NCBI RefSeq assembly: GCF_009914755.1
Contig: NC_060929.1
DNA from: the human T2T-CHM13v2.0 reference genome, Homo sapiens
DNA length: 64,000 nt
Direction: 5' to 3' (one strand)
Position numbers and translations under genes: made by a program. The notes under the pieces are model-generated. The model ran no database searches, had not been told where the DNA came from, and was given only the letters and a program-made list of their open reading frames with translations. Shown here piece after piece: positions 24,860 through 37,246 of this stretch. The number at the start of each line of letters is the position of its first letter. Position 1 is the first letter of the stretch.

Positions 24860-27800
24860 TTTAAAGCAGATTTATTGGAGAAAAATTCAAACATTTTAGA
24901 ATGTAGCTGTTTAAAGTGAATAGTCAGTAGTTTTTAGTACAATCATAGAGTTGGGAAACCATCACTACAATAAATTTTAAAACATTTTTATTCACACACA
25001 CAAATTCCATTAGCAGTCACTAATCATTCACCACTAATTGTGCGTTGAGAATTTTAGCAACAATATTCCTAATAAATATTGGTCCGTAGTTTTCTTTGCT
25101 TGTAATGACTTTGTCCAATTTTGTTATCAGGTTAATATTGGCTTCTTTAAGTGAATTGGGAAGTTTTCCCTTTCCTTCTATACTTTGGAAATGTTTGTAA
25201 ATATATGAAATTAGTTATTTAAATGTTCTGTGGAATTCACCACCGAAGCCACCTGAACCTTGGATTTTTCTTTTGGGTAGTTTGTAAATTGCAAATGCAA
25301 CGAATTTTACATATAAAATATATATACTTTTTAATTCATTCTTGTTAGTTCATGCATTTTAGGAATATGACCATTTCATCTATGTTATCTAATTTGTTAG
25401 CATATAATTGTTTATAGAATTCCCTTATAATAATTTTCAATTTTTTAAGTTTATTAGTAATTTCATTTCTGATGTTAATGATTTGATTTTGACTTTTTTC
25501 TGGGTCAGTATAGCTATAGATTAGCCAATTTTGTTGATTTTTTTCAAAGAAGAAAACTTTTGATTCATATATTTGATTGCTTGTCTATTCTCTATTTTAT
25601 TAATTTTCACACTGTTATTCCCCTGCTTCCATGTGCTTTGGCTACAGTCTGTTTGTCTTCAAATGGTGCCATAAGTTGGAAAGTTAGGTTATTGATTTGA
25701 GTTTGCTCTTCTCTTTTAGTGTAGATATTTACAGCTATAAATTAATGCTGTAAACACTACTTTTATTGTAGTCCGTAAATTTGGGCATGTTGTGCCCTTA
25801 CTTTCATTTATCTCAAAGTACATTTATCTAGTTTGATTTATTTCAAAAAAACTTTCTAGTTTCTCTTTTGACTTTTCCTTGAATTCATTGGTTTTTAGAA
25901 GTGCATTCTTCAATTTCCAAATATTTGTGATTTTACCAGTTTTGTTCTGTTAATTTGTAATTCCATTTTGTGATTGAAGAACATACTCTACATGATTTTG
26001 ACCCTTTTAAATATATTTAGATATGTGTTTTGATAGATATGTTAGATATGTTTTAAACACATTTAGATACGTGTTTTGTCTAGGGTGGAGAATGTACCAT
26101 GTGCATTTGAGAAGATTATGTATTCTGCTGTTATTGAGTAGTGTGTTCTATAGAAGTTTGTTAGGTGAGGTTGATTTATAGTATTGTTCAAGTCTTTTAT
26201 TTTCTTGTCAATTGCCTGCCTAATTGTTATACCCATTATTAAAAAGGAAGTATTTAAGGCTTTATATTGTTGTTGAATTGTCCATTTCTTTCTTCAATTC
26301 TTCTAGTTTCTGTTTCATGCATTTTGGAACACTGTTGTATTTGTGTATATTTTTATAATTCTTATATGCTTGTGATGGATTGGCTTTTATCATTATAAAT
26401 TGTCTTTATGTCTAGTTATGTCATTTATGTCTTATAGTGTACAGTGCCTAATATTACCACAGTCACTCCATATTTCTTATGGAGAAATATTTATATTCTT
26501 ATGACACAAATTTTACCATTCTTTAACTTTCAATGTATTTGTATCTTTGCATCTGAAATCTAAAACGTGTCAGCTGTAGATAGTATATAATTAAATCTTT
26601 TTAATCAACTCTAGCAATCTCTTCCTCTTAATTAGATTTGTAAATTCTTTCAAAATTAATATTATTCATGTAGTGTGCAAATTCCTCTGCCATTTCTATT
26701 TTTATATGACTCGTATTCTTTTTTCTACATTCCTCCTTTATTGCTTTCTTGCATTAAGTGAATATTTTCTTGAATGAATTTTAACTCCTTTAATATCTTT
26801 AATTTTTTATTGTATTTTTTTGTCATTTTCTTAGTGTTCCTGCCAGGGCTTCTAAATACATCTTATTACATGTACTTATATAAAAGTAATTCTGTTGAAA
26901 CAGAATTATTATCCTTATATGTCTTTATTCCTACTTTTTTGAGGGGGGTATTGTTGTATACATTAATTGTACATATGTTAAAAATTTAAAAATGTAATAT
27001 TATAACTTTACAGAATTATATCTATTTGAAAGAGGCTGAGAGAAGAAATAAAGCAAACATATATTTACAGCATTTGTTAACCTTCTTATTTACCAATTAT
27101 TGTTCTCTTAATTTGTTTTTGTAGATTCATTACTATCTATGTCATGTCATTATTCCAGTACAGCTTTGTTCTTACCCACCTACTTTGTGTTGTTATTGTC
27201 AATTAATTTCATTTTTATATGCTGTTGTTGTAACAATACAATCATAAATATATGTTGTTTGTACAATGCTCTTTACATTAGTTATGAGAAAAAGGAGAAT
27301 AGATAAGCATCCCTGCTGTATTTTAGAATGTCATAATTACCTCTACTGGTGCTCTTAATTTTTGTCTGTTTGTTTGTTTTCAGTTGCAGTCCGTAGGCAC
27401 TTGCTTTAACCGTGAAGAATTACCTTCAGTACTTCAGGTAAGACACATCTGCTAGTTATGAATTCTCTCAGAATTCATTTCTCTGGAGGCATTTTTATTT
27501 TATTAATTTTGAGAAATACTTTTGCTGAATATAAGATTTTTGGCTTACGTTTATTTTTCAGCATTTTGAATATATAGGTCCACTATGACTTTCATTGTCC
27601 ATGATATAAAGGTAGCTATTAATATTATTAGCATTTCCTTGTACATGATAAATTATGTTTCTGTTATAGTTTTCTAATTTTTCTTTTTATGATTATGACA
27701 ATTTTTATAATATGTGTGGGGGGTGGTATCTTTGCACATTTCTAAATTTTAGTTTGTTGAGCTTCTTGTGTGTAGATTAATTTATTTTTAATTAAATATG

Positions 27801-28575
27801 AAGTTTTCAGCTAGTGTTTTTTATCTCCTCTCCTGGATCACCTAATATGCATATGTTTGCATGTTTAATACTTTTTTATGTTTCTCCAAGACTCTCCTCA
27901 TTTTTCTTCATTGATTTTTCCTTATTCTTCAGCATTCATAATCTCCATAGATCTGCCTTCTATTTTGGGAATTCTACCACTTCAAATATACTATTTCCAC
28001 TCACCTTATTTTCATTGTAGTTGTTATTGTTTGCCACCACATGGGTGAGCTGGAGTGAGAGTAATCAGTATTCCACTGTCCTTGGATACACTTGGAATAG
28101 AGCCTCCTTACTATAAGTGGGGGATCGATGGAAAAAGGAAACTGTAATTTTGTAGCAATAGTTGTCAGATTATACATTTCAACTTAGAACTAGGGGGATG
28201 AGAAATGATGCTTACTTGCCCTATTCTCATGAGATGCTCTTTTCTTTTATAAGGAGCCAAAGGGAGATGGAGCCTAATTTTTTTTACTTGTTTTAGTGGA
28301 GCTTCTCTCATGCAAATATGTTTGAGAAAAGAGGATAGGTGGAAGTGGAAAGAAGTGCATCATGGCTCAAGTGAAGCAGACTTTAACTGTTCTTGTTCAG
28401 ATCTACAAGATTTGGTAGTTTCTTTTAAAAAATGTTTCTTCACTTGCTATATGCCCTTAGAAGAATTTTCAGATGATATAAATTGTTAGTTTTTTTAAAA
28501 AACTTTTTTTTGTTAGTACAATTGTTTTACTGGGGAGTAAGTACATGGAACTCTTTAAGCTGTATTTTTGGAAGT
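24860..28575 (-). mobile_element. Old L1M fragments (antisense 3' end, ORF2, ORF1, 5' region)
   Basis: Antisense L1 phrases: atattggtccgtagttttctt, ggagaatgtaccatgtgcatttgagaag, aattctctcag...gctgaatataagatt. Confidence 0.7.
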
Positions 28576-29074
28576 TGTTAGGTACAGTAAGTTCCTCTTC
28601 AAAGAGTCAGCTTGTTCAGCTTCCTTGTTCTTTGTTCTCTATTTTCAAAGCCTAACTTCTTCGTTCTTTGTACCTCCTTGCCCCTAGTTACAGTAAACAA
28701 CCTTCCTGCCAGTCTTAAACTATAACGCACATCTGTTCCCTTGGTTACCCACTCTGCAACTGCCCTTCCTGCCAAAACTTCTTCCTGCCCAAACCACTCG
28801 TCCTGCCACTGTAACCCACACCCCTGCTGTATTTGAAATAGCCAGTTGGGATTAGCTTAGATTGTGTGGTCCAGCCCCAGCCAGTGTGAACAGGACATAG
28901 AAGCAGTGACTAACCGTTTTATGGATAAAAACCCCTTCCCTCCTTTGTTCGGTATGCTCTCATAGCAGCCAGAAGTGCGAGTGGCACCCTTCTGCAGAAG
29001 TAAATTTGCCTTGCTGAGAAATCTGTTGTTTGAGTGCTCGTTTTCCTTGCAACTCTGAGCTCTTATTTTCAGCA
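28576..29074 (+). mobile_element. LTR10-family LTR (HERV-I/HERVIP10), 5' LTR of a truncated provirus
   Basis: TGTTAGGTACAGTAAGTTCCTCTTCAAAG start; cttagattgtgtggtccagcccc; GGATAAAAACCCC; AGTAAA signal; ends TTTCAGCA directly before a PBS. Confidence 0.85.
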
Positions 29075-29710
29075 ATCTGGGGGCTTATCTGGGATTCCCA
29101 TTCTCCTATGGGGAAAGGGTCTCCGGTAACCTCTCATGAGGAGACTTATTGCACTGCCTCATTGCAGTGGCCTCAGGGTGAGGAATTGGGAGCCACCAGT
29201 GTGACAAATAAACCTGGACTCTCAGCAATGAGGAAAGAAACAGACCAACAAGTTGGGGAAAGAAAGCTCACATACTGCGGTGACCAGGTAACTCTGTTCA
29301 CAGACCAAGGTAAGAAACATCGCAAGAGTGACAAAGTACTTCCTTGGTGGTTGGGATACCTTGAAGGTTGAAAGCATGTGAATAAGATGCACAATTGAGT
29401 GAAAAGCTAGTGTTGAGTCTGCATCTGTGGTTCCATGGTCCCTTCATATGGCTTATGGCAGTGCTCCTCTAAAGGAGTCTGGGTCAGGGGTTTATACTGA
29501 CCAACCAATGCTAAGAGAGACCCAACGCCTGAGAGGGAAATGGCCAGAGAAGAACGAAGCGAATGAAGAAGAGTGCAAGAAACCTCCACCAGGGGGCGTT
29601 GAGCCTCTAGGAAAGGAAAGGTGAGAACTCTCCAGTAGGGTATGTTGAGCCTCACACAAACCTCCAGTAGTGGGGAAGGCAATAAATTTCCAGTAGGGGA
29701 AATTGAGCTC
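29075..29710 (+). mobile_element. HERVIP10-like internal leader, cut off before gag
   Basis: Follows the LTR and PBS; contains repeated CCAGTAGGGG..TTGAGCCTC units at 29583-29710. Confidence 0.75.
29078..29095 (+). promoter_or_regulatory. Retroviral primer-binding site, tRNA-Pro type
   Basis: TGGGGGCTTATCTGGGAT versus Pro PBS TGGGGGCTCGTCCGGGAT; the three differences are all at CpG sites. Confidence 0.8.
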
Positions 29711-30040
29711 TGACATGCTTTCTTCTACTTGTTCTGGTCTATTGTTGAAACTTTCCACTGCATTTTGTATTTTTCTAGGTGTATCTTTCATTTCCAGAAG
29801 TTGTGGTTGTTCTTTCTTTATGGTAGCTATCTCTCTACAAAATTTTTAATTCAAATCCTAGATTGTTTTTTGAATTTCTTTAATCGGTTTTCAACTTTCT
29901 CTTGTATCTTCTTGAGTAGGTTAATAATCAACCTTCTTAATTCTTTATATGGCACTTCAGAGATTTTTATCTTTGTTTGGATCTATTGCTGTGGATCTAG
30001 TGTGATTTTGTGGGGGAGTTATAGAGCCCTGTTTTGTCAT
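29711..30040 (-). mobile_element. L1 (L1PB-like) ORF1 N-terminal segment, inverted
   Basis: Minus strand reads ATGACAAAACAGGGCTCT from 30040 and later IQNAVESFNNRPEQVEESMSE (ORF1p coiled coil). Confidence 0.8.
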
Positions 30041-31949
30041 GTAAATGCCCTAAATGCTCCACTTAAAAGATGCAGAATGGCAGAGTGAATTAAAAAAAAA
30101 AAAACAGTCAAATATCTGTTGTCATCAAGAGATTCATCTAACACATTAAGGATTCATAGAAACTTGAAGTAAAGGTGTGGAAAAAGATATTCCATGCAAA
30201 TGGAAACCAACAGTGAACAGGAGCAGCTATTCTTACATCACACAAAACAGACTTTAAAGCAACAACAGTACAAAAAGACAAAGAAGGACATTATACAATG
30301 ATAAAATGATTAGTTCAACAGGAAGATATTACAATCCTAAATTTATATGCACCTAACATTGGAGTTCCCAGATTTAGAAAATAATTGCTACAAGATGTGT
30401 AAAATTGAATAGACAGCAACACAATAGTGGGGGGGACTTCAATACTCCACTGACAGCACGAGGCAGATTATTAAGAGAGAAATTCAGCAAAGAAACAATG
30501 GACTTAAACTATACCTTAAAACAAATAGACCTAACAATTTTTTACAGAACATTCTTCCAAACAACTGCAGAATAAACATTATTTTCATCAGCACATGGAA
30601 CATTTTCCAAGATAGATCATATAATAAGCCAATGAGTCTCATCTGAATAAATTTAAGAAAATTGAAATTATATCAAGTATCTTCTCAGACTGTGATGTTA
30701 CAGTTGGTAGTTACTCAGGCATGGGCAGGGAAGGAGAGGGTCCCATCCCCAACAGGAATGTTACATGACCCTCAGGTGATGGTCATGGGGTTGTTAAGCT
30801 GTCTCTCTAAAATAACAATTGGTTGCAGCCAAGGCCAGAAAAAAGTAGTCTCCCAATAGACAGAAAACTTGAAACTGATGAGCAGCAGCTTCCCAATAAG
30901 ATCAGAGTTGGGTGAGTGGGCTCAAGCATGCAAAGTAAGAGCCAAATTGGTGGAGTTTAACTGGTATATGACCTCTTTAAGGAACCCTTGACTGGTAAGG
31001 GAAGAACACTTTGAGTGAGAATGCATAGAACTTCAGTAAACACATTCTGCATGCAGCCCCTCCCAAAGTGTTAACAGGCCACTGCACATGTGAACAGCCC
31101 AACCTAAGGGAAGAATCAGGAGAGAAAGGATGCTAGACCCCAGAATCATGACAGTGTATAAAACCCCAAGTCAAAGGTCAAACTGTGCACTTGAATCCCT
31201 CAAGTCGCCTGCTTGGCCCTCTTCCATATGTACTTTATTTCTTTTTGTTCCTGATCTAAAGCTTTCAAATAAACTTTCATTCCTGCTCTAAAACCTGCTT
31301 CTGTCTCTCCCTCTGCCTTATAGCCCTCAGTCAAATACTATCTTCTGAGGAGGGAAGAATCAAGGTTATGTAGACCCATACAGAATTGCCACTGCTAACA
31401 CACTTTCATACTGCATGACTTGGATACACTCCCTATTGCTAACAAGACCACAGTGGAATTAAAATTGAAAATGAACTCCCAAAGGAAGCCTCAAAACTAT
31501 GCAAATACATGAAAATTAAATAATCTGCTTTTGAATGATTCTTGGGTTAACAATGAAATCAAGATGGAAATTTTAAAAACTTTTGAAATGAATGAAAATA
31601 GTGACAAAACATATTAAACCTCTGGGATACAGCAAAAGTGGTGGTAAGAGGAAAGTTCATAGAGTTAAATGCCTACATCAAAACATCTAAAAGAGTGCAA
31701 ACAGACAGCCTAAATTCACACCTCAAGGAACTGAAGAAATAAGAACACACTAAAGCCAAAGCAGGCAGAAGAATAGAAATAACAAAAATCAGAACAGAAT
31801 TAAATTAAATTGAAACAAAAAAGTGTAAAAGATAAATGAAACAAAAAGCTGGTTCTTTGAAAAGATAAGCAAAATTTATAGACTATTAATGAGATTTACC
31901 AAGAAAAAGAGAAAAATCAAATAAGCTCTATTAGAAATGAAATTGGGAC
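30039..31949 (+). mobile_element. L1 (L1PB-like) ORF2 endonuclease region, interrupted by MER50
   Basis: atgtaaatgccctaaatgctccacttaaaaga (NVNxLNAPLKR), gggggacttcaatactccact (GDFNTP), agaggaaagttcatagag. Confidence 0.9.
30691..31444 (+). mobile_element. MER50-family solo LTR (ERV1)
   Basis: caggtgatggtca..ttgttaagctgtctctctaaaataa; GTATAAAACCCC at about 31156; AATAAA at 31268; TG..CA termini; TSD AGAC at 30687-30690 and 31445-31448 splitting L1 TTCTCAGAC|CACAGTGG. Confidence 0.88.
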
Positions 31950-32339
<390 letters not shown>

Positions 32340-32477
32340 TAATATCCATGGGTTGGTAAAGATTACTATCCTTTAATTGTATGAAAATCCAAACTGCTAG
32401 GTATTTTGTTAATATGTGTATCTCATATGTAGGCATTGTATTTTTGTTTCTAATTTTAAATTGAAATTGAGTAGACA

Positions 32478-32733
32478 CACTTATAAGTGGGAGCTGACTG
32501 ATGAGAACACATGGATATATGAGGGGAGGGGAAAAACACACACTGGGTAACTGCAGGAGACTGGGGGAGGGAGAACATCAGGAAGAATAGCTAATTGGTG
32601 CTGGGCTTAATACTTGGGTGATGGGATGATCTGTGCAGTAAACCACTGTGACATACATTTACCTATGTAGGAAACCCGCACGTCCTGCACTTGTACACCT
32701 GAACTTAAAAGTTGAAAATAAAGAAAAATAAAT
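32478..32733 (+). mobile_element. Short 5'-truncated L1P 3' end
   Basis: cacttataagtgggagct...gaacttaaaag plus A-rich tail; 14-bp TSD AAATTGAGTAGACA at 32464-32477 and 32734-32747. Confidence 0.92.
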
Positions 32734-32870
32734 AAATTGAGTAGACAATTGAATTTATACACTTTGAAAAACCTATACATATTCCAGGGTGCAGATTGCT
32801 AGTCTTTTGATATCATCATTAAGCTAATTCATTGACAATAAGTGAATATTAAATAAATAAGGCAACTAGT

Positions 32871-33213
<343 letters not shown>

Positions 33214-33449
33214 TTAGAGTTTACATTTTAACAAGTCTTATTACAGCAGTAAAAAATGCAAACATAATAAGCCTAGTAAATTAGTAATTTAAAAAGTTAA
33301 AAGAAATGAATGGATTCAAAGCATATTATAGACATGACATGTTATTTTCAGACCATTAAACATGACCATGATGAACAATTGCAGGTGCTTGAAATTTCCA
33401 CAATTTCATAAAACATTAATTAAACACTAAATGTCAGAAGAAAATCACT

Positions 33450-33650
33450 AATAGTGCTTCTCAAAGAAAGGTGCATGACCGCCTGTATCTGAATCTCTTA
33501 CCTGCTTGAGACTGCTAAAATCATTAATTCATGTCCGTTATAAGAGGTTTATGAATTGCACTACTAAGTACAGGTTTCTGGGATCCCAACTATATACAAA
33601 ATATCCCACGTGATCCTATGCACATTACTATTTGAGTTGCACTGCATTAG
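33450..33650. mobile_element. MER5-like DNA transposon relic
   Basis: agtgcttctcaaa at left and tttgagttgcactg at right resemble hAT-Charlie MER5 terminal inverted repeats. Confidence 0.45.
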
Positions 33651-33680
33651 GGAAGAAAGGCAAAAAGTTTTCATATTCAT

Positions 33681-34019
33681 TGTAATGTTTAATTTTGTGT
33701 GTCAACTCAGCTGGACCACAGTGCCCAGATATGTGGTCAAATACTTTCTAGATGTTTATTTGAGGATGTTTTGGGCTGAAATTTAAATTTAAATTAGTGT
33801 ATTTTGAGTAAATAAGATCACTTTTTAGACTGTAAGTCAGCATTATCCCACGATACAAGATCTGAACATAACTCTGCCAACAGATGATCTTGGGGCTTGA
33901 ACTGCAACATGAAGTTTTCTGGGTCTCCAGCCTGCCAGCCCACTCTGCAGATTTAGAACTTTCCAGCCTCCATAATCACCTGATTCTTTAAAATAAATCT
34001 ACTCACACACATACATACA

Positions 34020-34062
<43 letters not shown>

Positions 34063-34102
34063 CCCATTGGTTCAGTTTCTCTGAAAAAGCCTGATTTAAT
34101 AC
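33681..34102 (+). mobile_element. MLT2 (ERVL) LTR with internal (CA)n
   Basis: TGTAATGTTTAATTTTGTGTGTCAACT start; ccagcctccataatcac; cattggttcagtttctctg...taatac end. Confidence 0.88.
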
Positions 34103-34179
34103 CTCTGCAATGCACTAATTAACCATCATACATTATATTTACCTCACATTAACTTACATTCTTTACAAAACAACCCAAA

Positions 34180-36320
34180 AGGCCCAGAACCCACTACTGT
34201 CCTCAGCGCTGAGCGGAAAAGGAATGCAGAGCTGCCTCAACAATAATTCACAGACCTCAGGGAAACCTTCTAGATCCTAATCCCTAATATTGATTCCTCT
34301 TAGCCTTGTTCTATTCTCCCTATAAAAGAAAAGCCTTTTCCCGCTTGTTCCTTAAGAAGTTTGCAAATCTTTTGTTTATAGAATTTTTATTGCAAAATAT
34401 TTTCAGTAATTTTTATATTAATTCCAAGTAAGTTTTTAGTTGACAATTTCCTGGTGCTGCAATTAGGATCAACATTGAGTCTCAACTATGAAACCTTGTC
34501 ATTCTTGACCAGGTAATGGAAACTTGCAAATCCTTTGAACTCCTTTTATCTTAATTGATACAGTGAATTTTTGGTGAGTTCAACACTCAATCCAGCCTAC
34601 AGATGTCTTGTCTCTTGAAACACAGTAAGAATTTACTTTAACTCCTGTAGGCAAAGAGACTTCTCTTTGGCCTTTCTGTGCAGCCTCTTCTGGTTTTCTT
34701 CAAATTTCCAGGCTGGAATTTCATGGGACTGTTTCTCTGGCTTATTGGACATAGGATTGTGCAAGGAAATGAACTGAGAGGGAATCTTTCCTAGTTCTTC
34801 GAAGTCTTATCTCTGTTTAATAATCAAATCCTGTGCATAGCTCACTGTACGGGTACCCTTTATTCTCTTCTCCCACTGACTATATACTCTGTAATTATTG
34901 CACTACCTCTGTTAAATATCTCCAATGACACATATTTCTAAGAATAATGTAGAACTGAAGTGGCCTTTTTGAGGTTCTTGTGCTCTCCTCTATAATCAAT
35001 GGTCTGCTTATTAATCAGTAGTCTGCTTATTTGTTATGGAATGTGTAAACCAAAAGGTTTCTCAGTGTAAGTTTAATTAGGACATTCAGCAAACTTGATC
35101 TACTTAATCTGAGCCTATTTAATCTCTCAATAATATTCTGTCTCCCTCAAATATGTATTTTGTTATTTTCTAATTTCACAAATAATATTATATGTATTTA
35201 TCATATAATGTTATGCTCTGATATATATATATGTTCTAAGATATATATATATATATATGTTTGTGTGTATGTATATAGAGAGAGTAAAATGGTTAAATCT
35301 AGCTAATGAACAAATGCATTACCTAACACAGTTATTTTTGTGGTGAGAGCATTCAACATCTACTTTTTTCCTTTTTTAAAAGTACGGTATAGTCTGCTGT
35401 ACAATAAGCCTCTTGAATTTGTTTCTCCTGCTTATCTCTACTTGCGTATTACTTAAGTAGACTTATGTGTACTTACTACTCATATTTATTTCTCACTTAC
35501 TCCACCCTCAAAGGCATTCCCAGCCTTTCTCTTTTCTCTCTCTTTTCCTCTCAGGTCCTTCAAATCCATTCCAAGTTCTTCACATTACCTTAACTTCCCT
35601 ACAATGTCCTACATACTGGGTCAATCTTAGGTATTGTAAGGGAAAGAAACATTGGGGCTAATGCCTATGCAAAAAGAAAGAGAATTTATCAAACTCAAAA
35701 GTCTCAGTGATATCTCTGAAGGATATGGTCCTATGTGCCCCTCAAAAACCCTTAAACTAACTGGATGAAATCATAATCTCAGTCAATGAGCACCCCTGCA
35801 CCTTTTTGACAGACACTAAAGCCATTTGTGCTACTTTAAGACCTTATATGATCTCACCATAATCCCTGAGAATATATCAACGATCTCACCGGTGGGATGG
35901 GAAAACTTACCATATAACTTTCCCCTTTCTCAACCACTTTCTGTATCTCCTTCACCCCATAATGCCCAACGTGGTTATCGTCTACTAGTCGATTAGACAG
36001 ATATTAACTTTCTTATTGGCATGTAAATATTTGGTGTTCACCCCAAAGGACTAACCCTTGAAGTCCTGGACTCCTCCCCAATCACTGTTGTTCTCTAACA
36101 ACTTTGATAGATCAACCCAAATTGCTTACCCCTCTCCCAGCTCCCAAAACTCTTAACCATCCTCACGTTCAGACATACTAACTGACTTTCCTGAGCCTCT
36201 CTGAGCTGTGGATGTATTGCAAAGCATAATTGTTGAAAAGGATATAGTCCCCCAACATAGCCCTCCCTAAGCCACCCCAGTATCTTTCAAGAACTGAAGG
36301 AATTGAAAGTCTCAGACCTA
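34180..36320 (+). mobile_element. Possible ancient ERV1 remnant (LTR 3' part, PBS-like site, gag-like leader)
   Basis: TATAAAAG at 34321, TGACA end at 34445, TGGTGCTGCAATTAGGAT at 34452 (His-PBS-like), NVELKWP-like text near 34945. An L1MA 3' fragment lies at about 35280-35460. Confidence 0.35.
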
Positions 36321-36944
36321 TCTTTCAAGGGCTTATGTCAAAGGACACTTTTTTTGTAATTGTCTGGCAATACCCCAATTCTTCCAGTAAAAAAGCCTCA
36401 TTATCTTTTATTAAGTCTGGATTTGTTTTTATTTGTCAAAGAAAAGTAAGTCACATGAGCCCTATGTTTGCCCAGGTTTCCAATCAGAGACACTTCCCAG
36501 ACACTATCCCAGAGAAGAAAATCTCACTGAATTGAGGTGGTAGAGATCAGATATTTGGAATTCTATGGCAGGTGGAATTTGAGGGGCAGAGTAACAGAAC
36601 TGAGAGATTTAAACAGATAAAGATCCCAGAAATCTGCATACAAATGCTGTAGAATATTTGGCTAAATATTAAGCTGAGTATGCTTAAAGTTCCATAATGC
36701 CAATGGAAGAATGACTCATAGGGAGCTTTAGGAAGAATAAAATTGGACTTTTTATAGAATTCCGAGATTTTGAATAACCAGAGAGGACAAAATTTAATGA
36801 ACACCTGTAGTATTAAGTATTGAGCCCCCAAAGACTACATACTTCAGGAGTAGTGCTAAATAAAACCCACAAAAAACTGCTAGATTACCTATATAACCAT
36901 AAAAACAATAATAAGAAAATTCAATAATATACAAAGTAAATTAA

Positions 36945-37246
36945 ATGTCAATTGGTGAAAGGGTACAAAGTTTCAGTTAGATAGGTGGAACAAGTTCTGT
37001 TGATCTATTGCACAGCACAGTGACTATAGTTAATAATAATATATTGTATATTTCAAAATAGCTAAAAGAGGTGATTTAAGTATTCTCATGACAAGAAAAT
37101 GATTAGTATTTGAGGAGATAGATATATTAATTAGCCTAATTTCATCATTCCACAATGTAGGCATGAATCAAAACATCACACTGTACCCTGTAAATATATA
37201 TAATTATTTTATCTGTAAATTAAAAATAAAATAAAATAAAATAAAA
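36945..37246 (+). mobile_element. L1MA 3' end with poly-A
   Basis: gggtacaaagtttcagttagatagg...gatctattgcacagc...aaaacatcacactgtaccc; (AAAAT)n tail. Confidence 0.88.
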
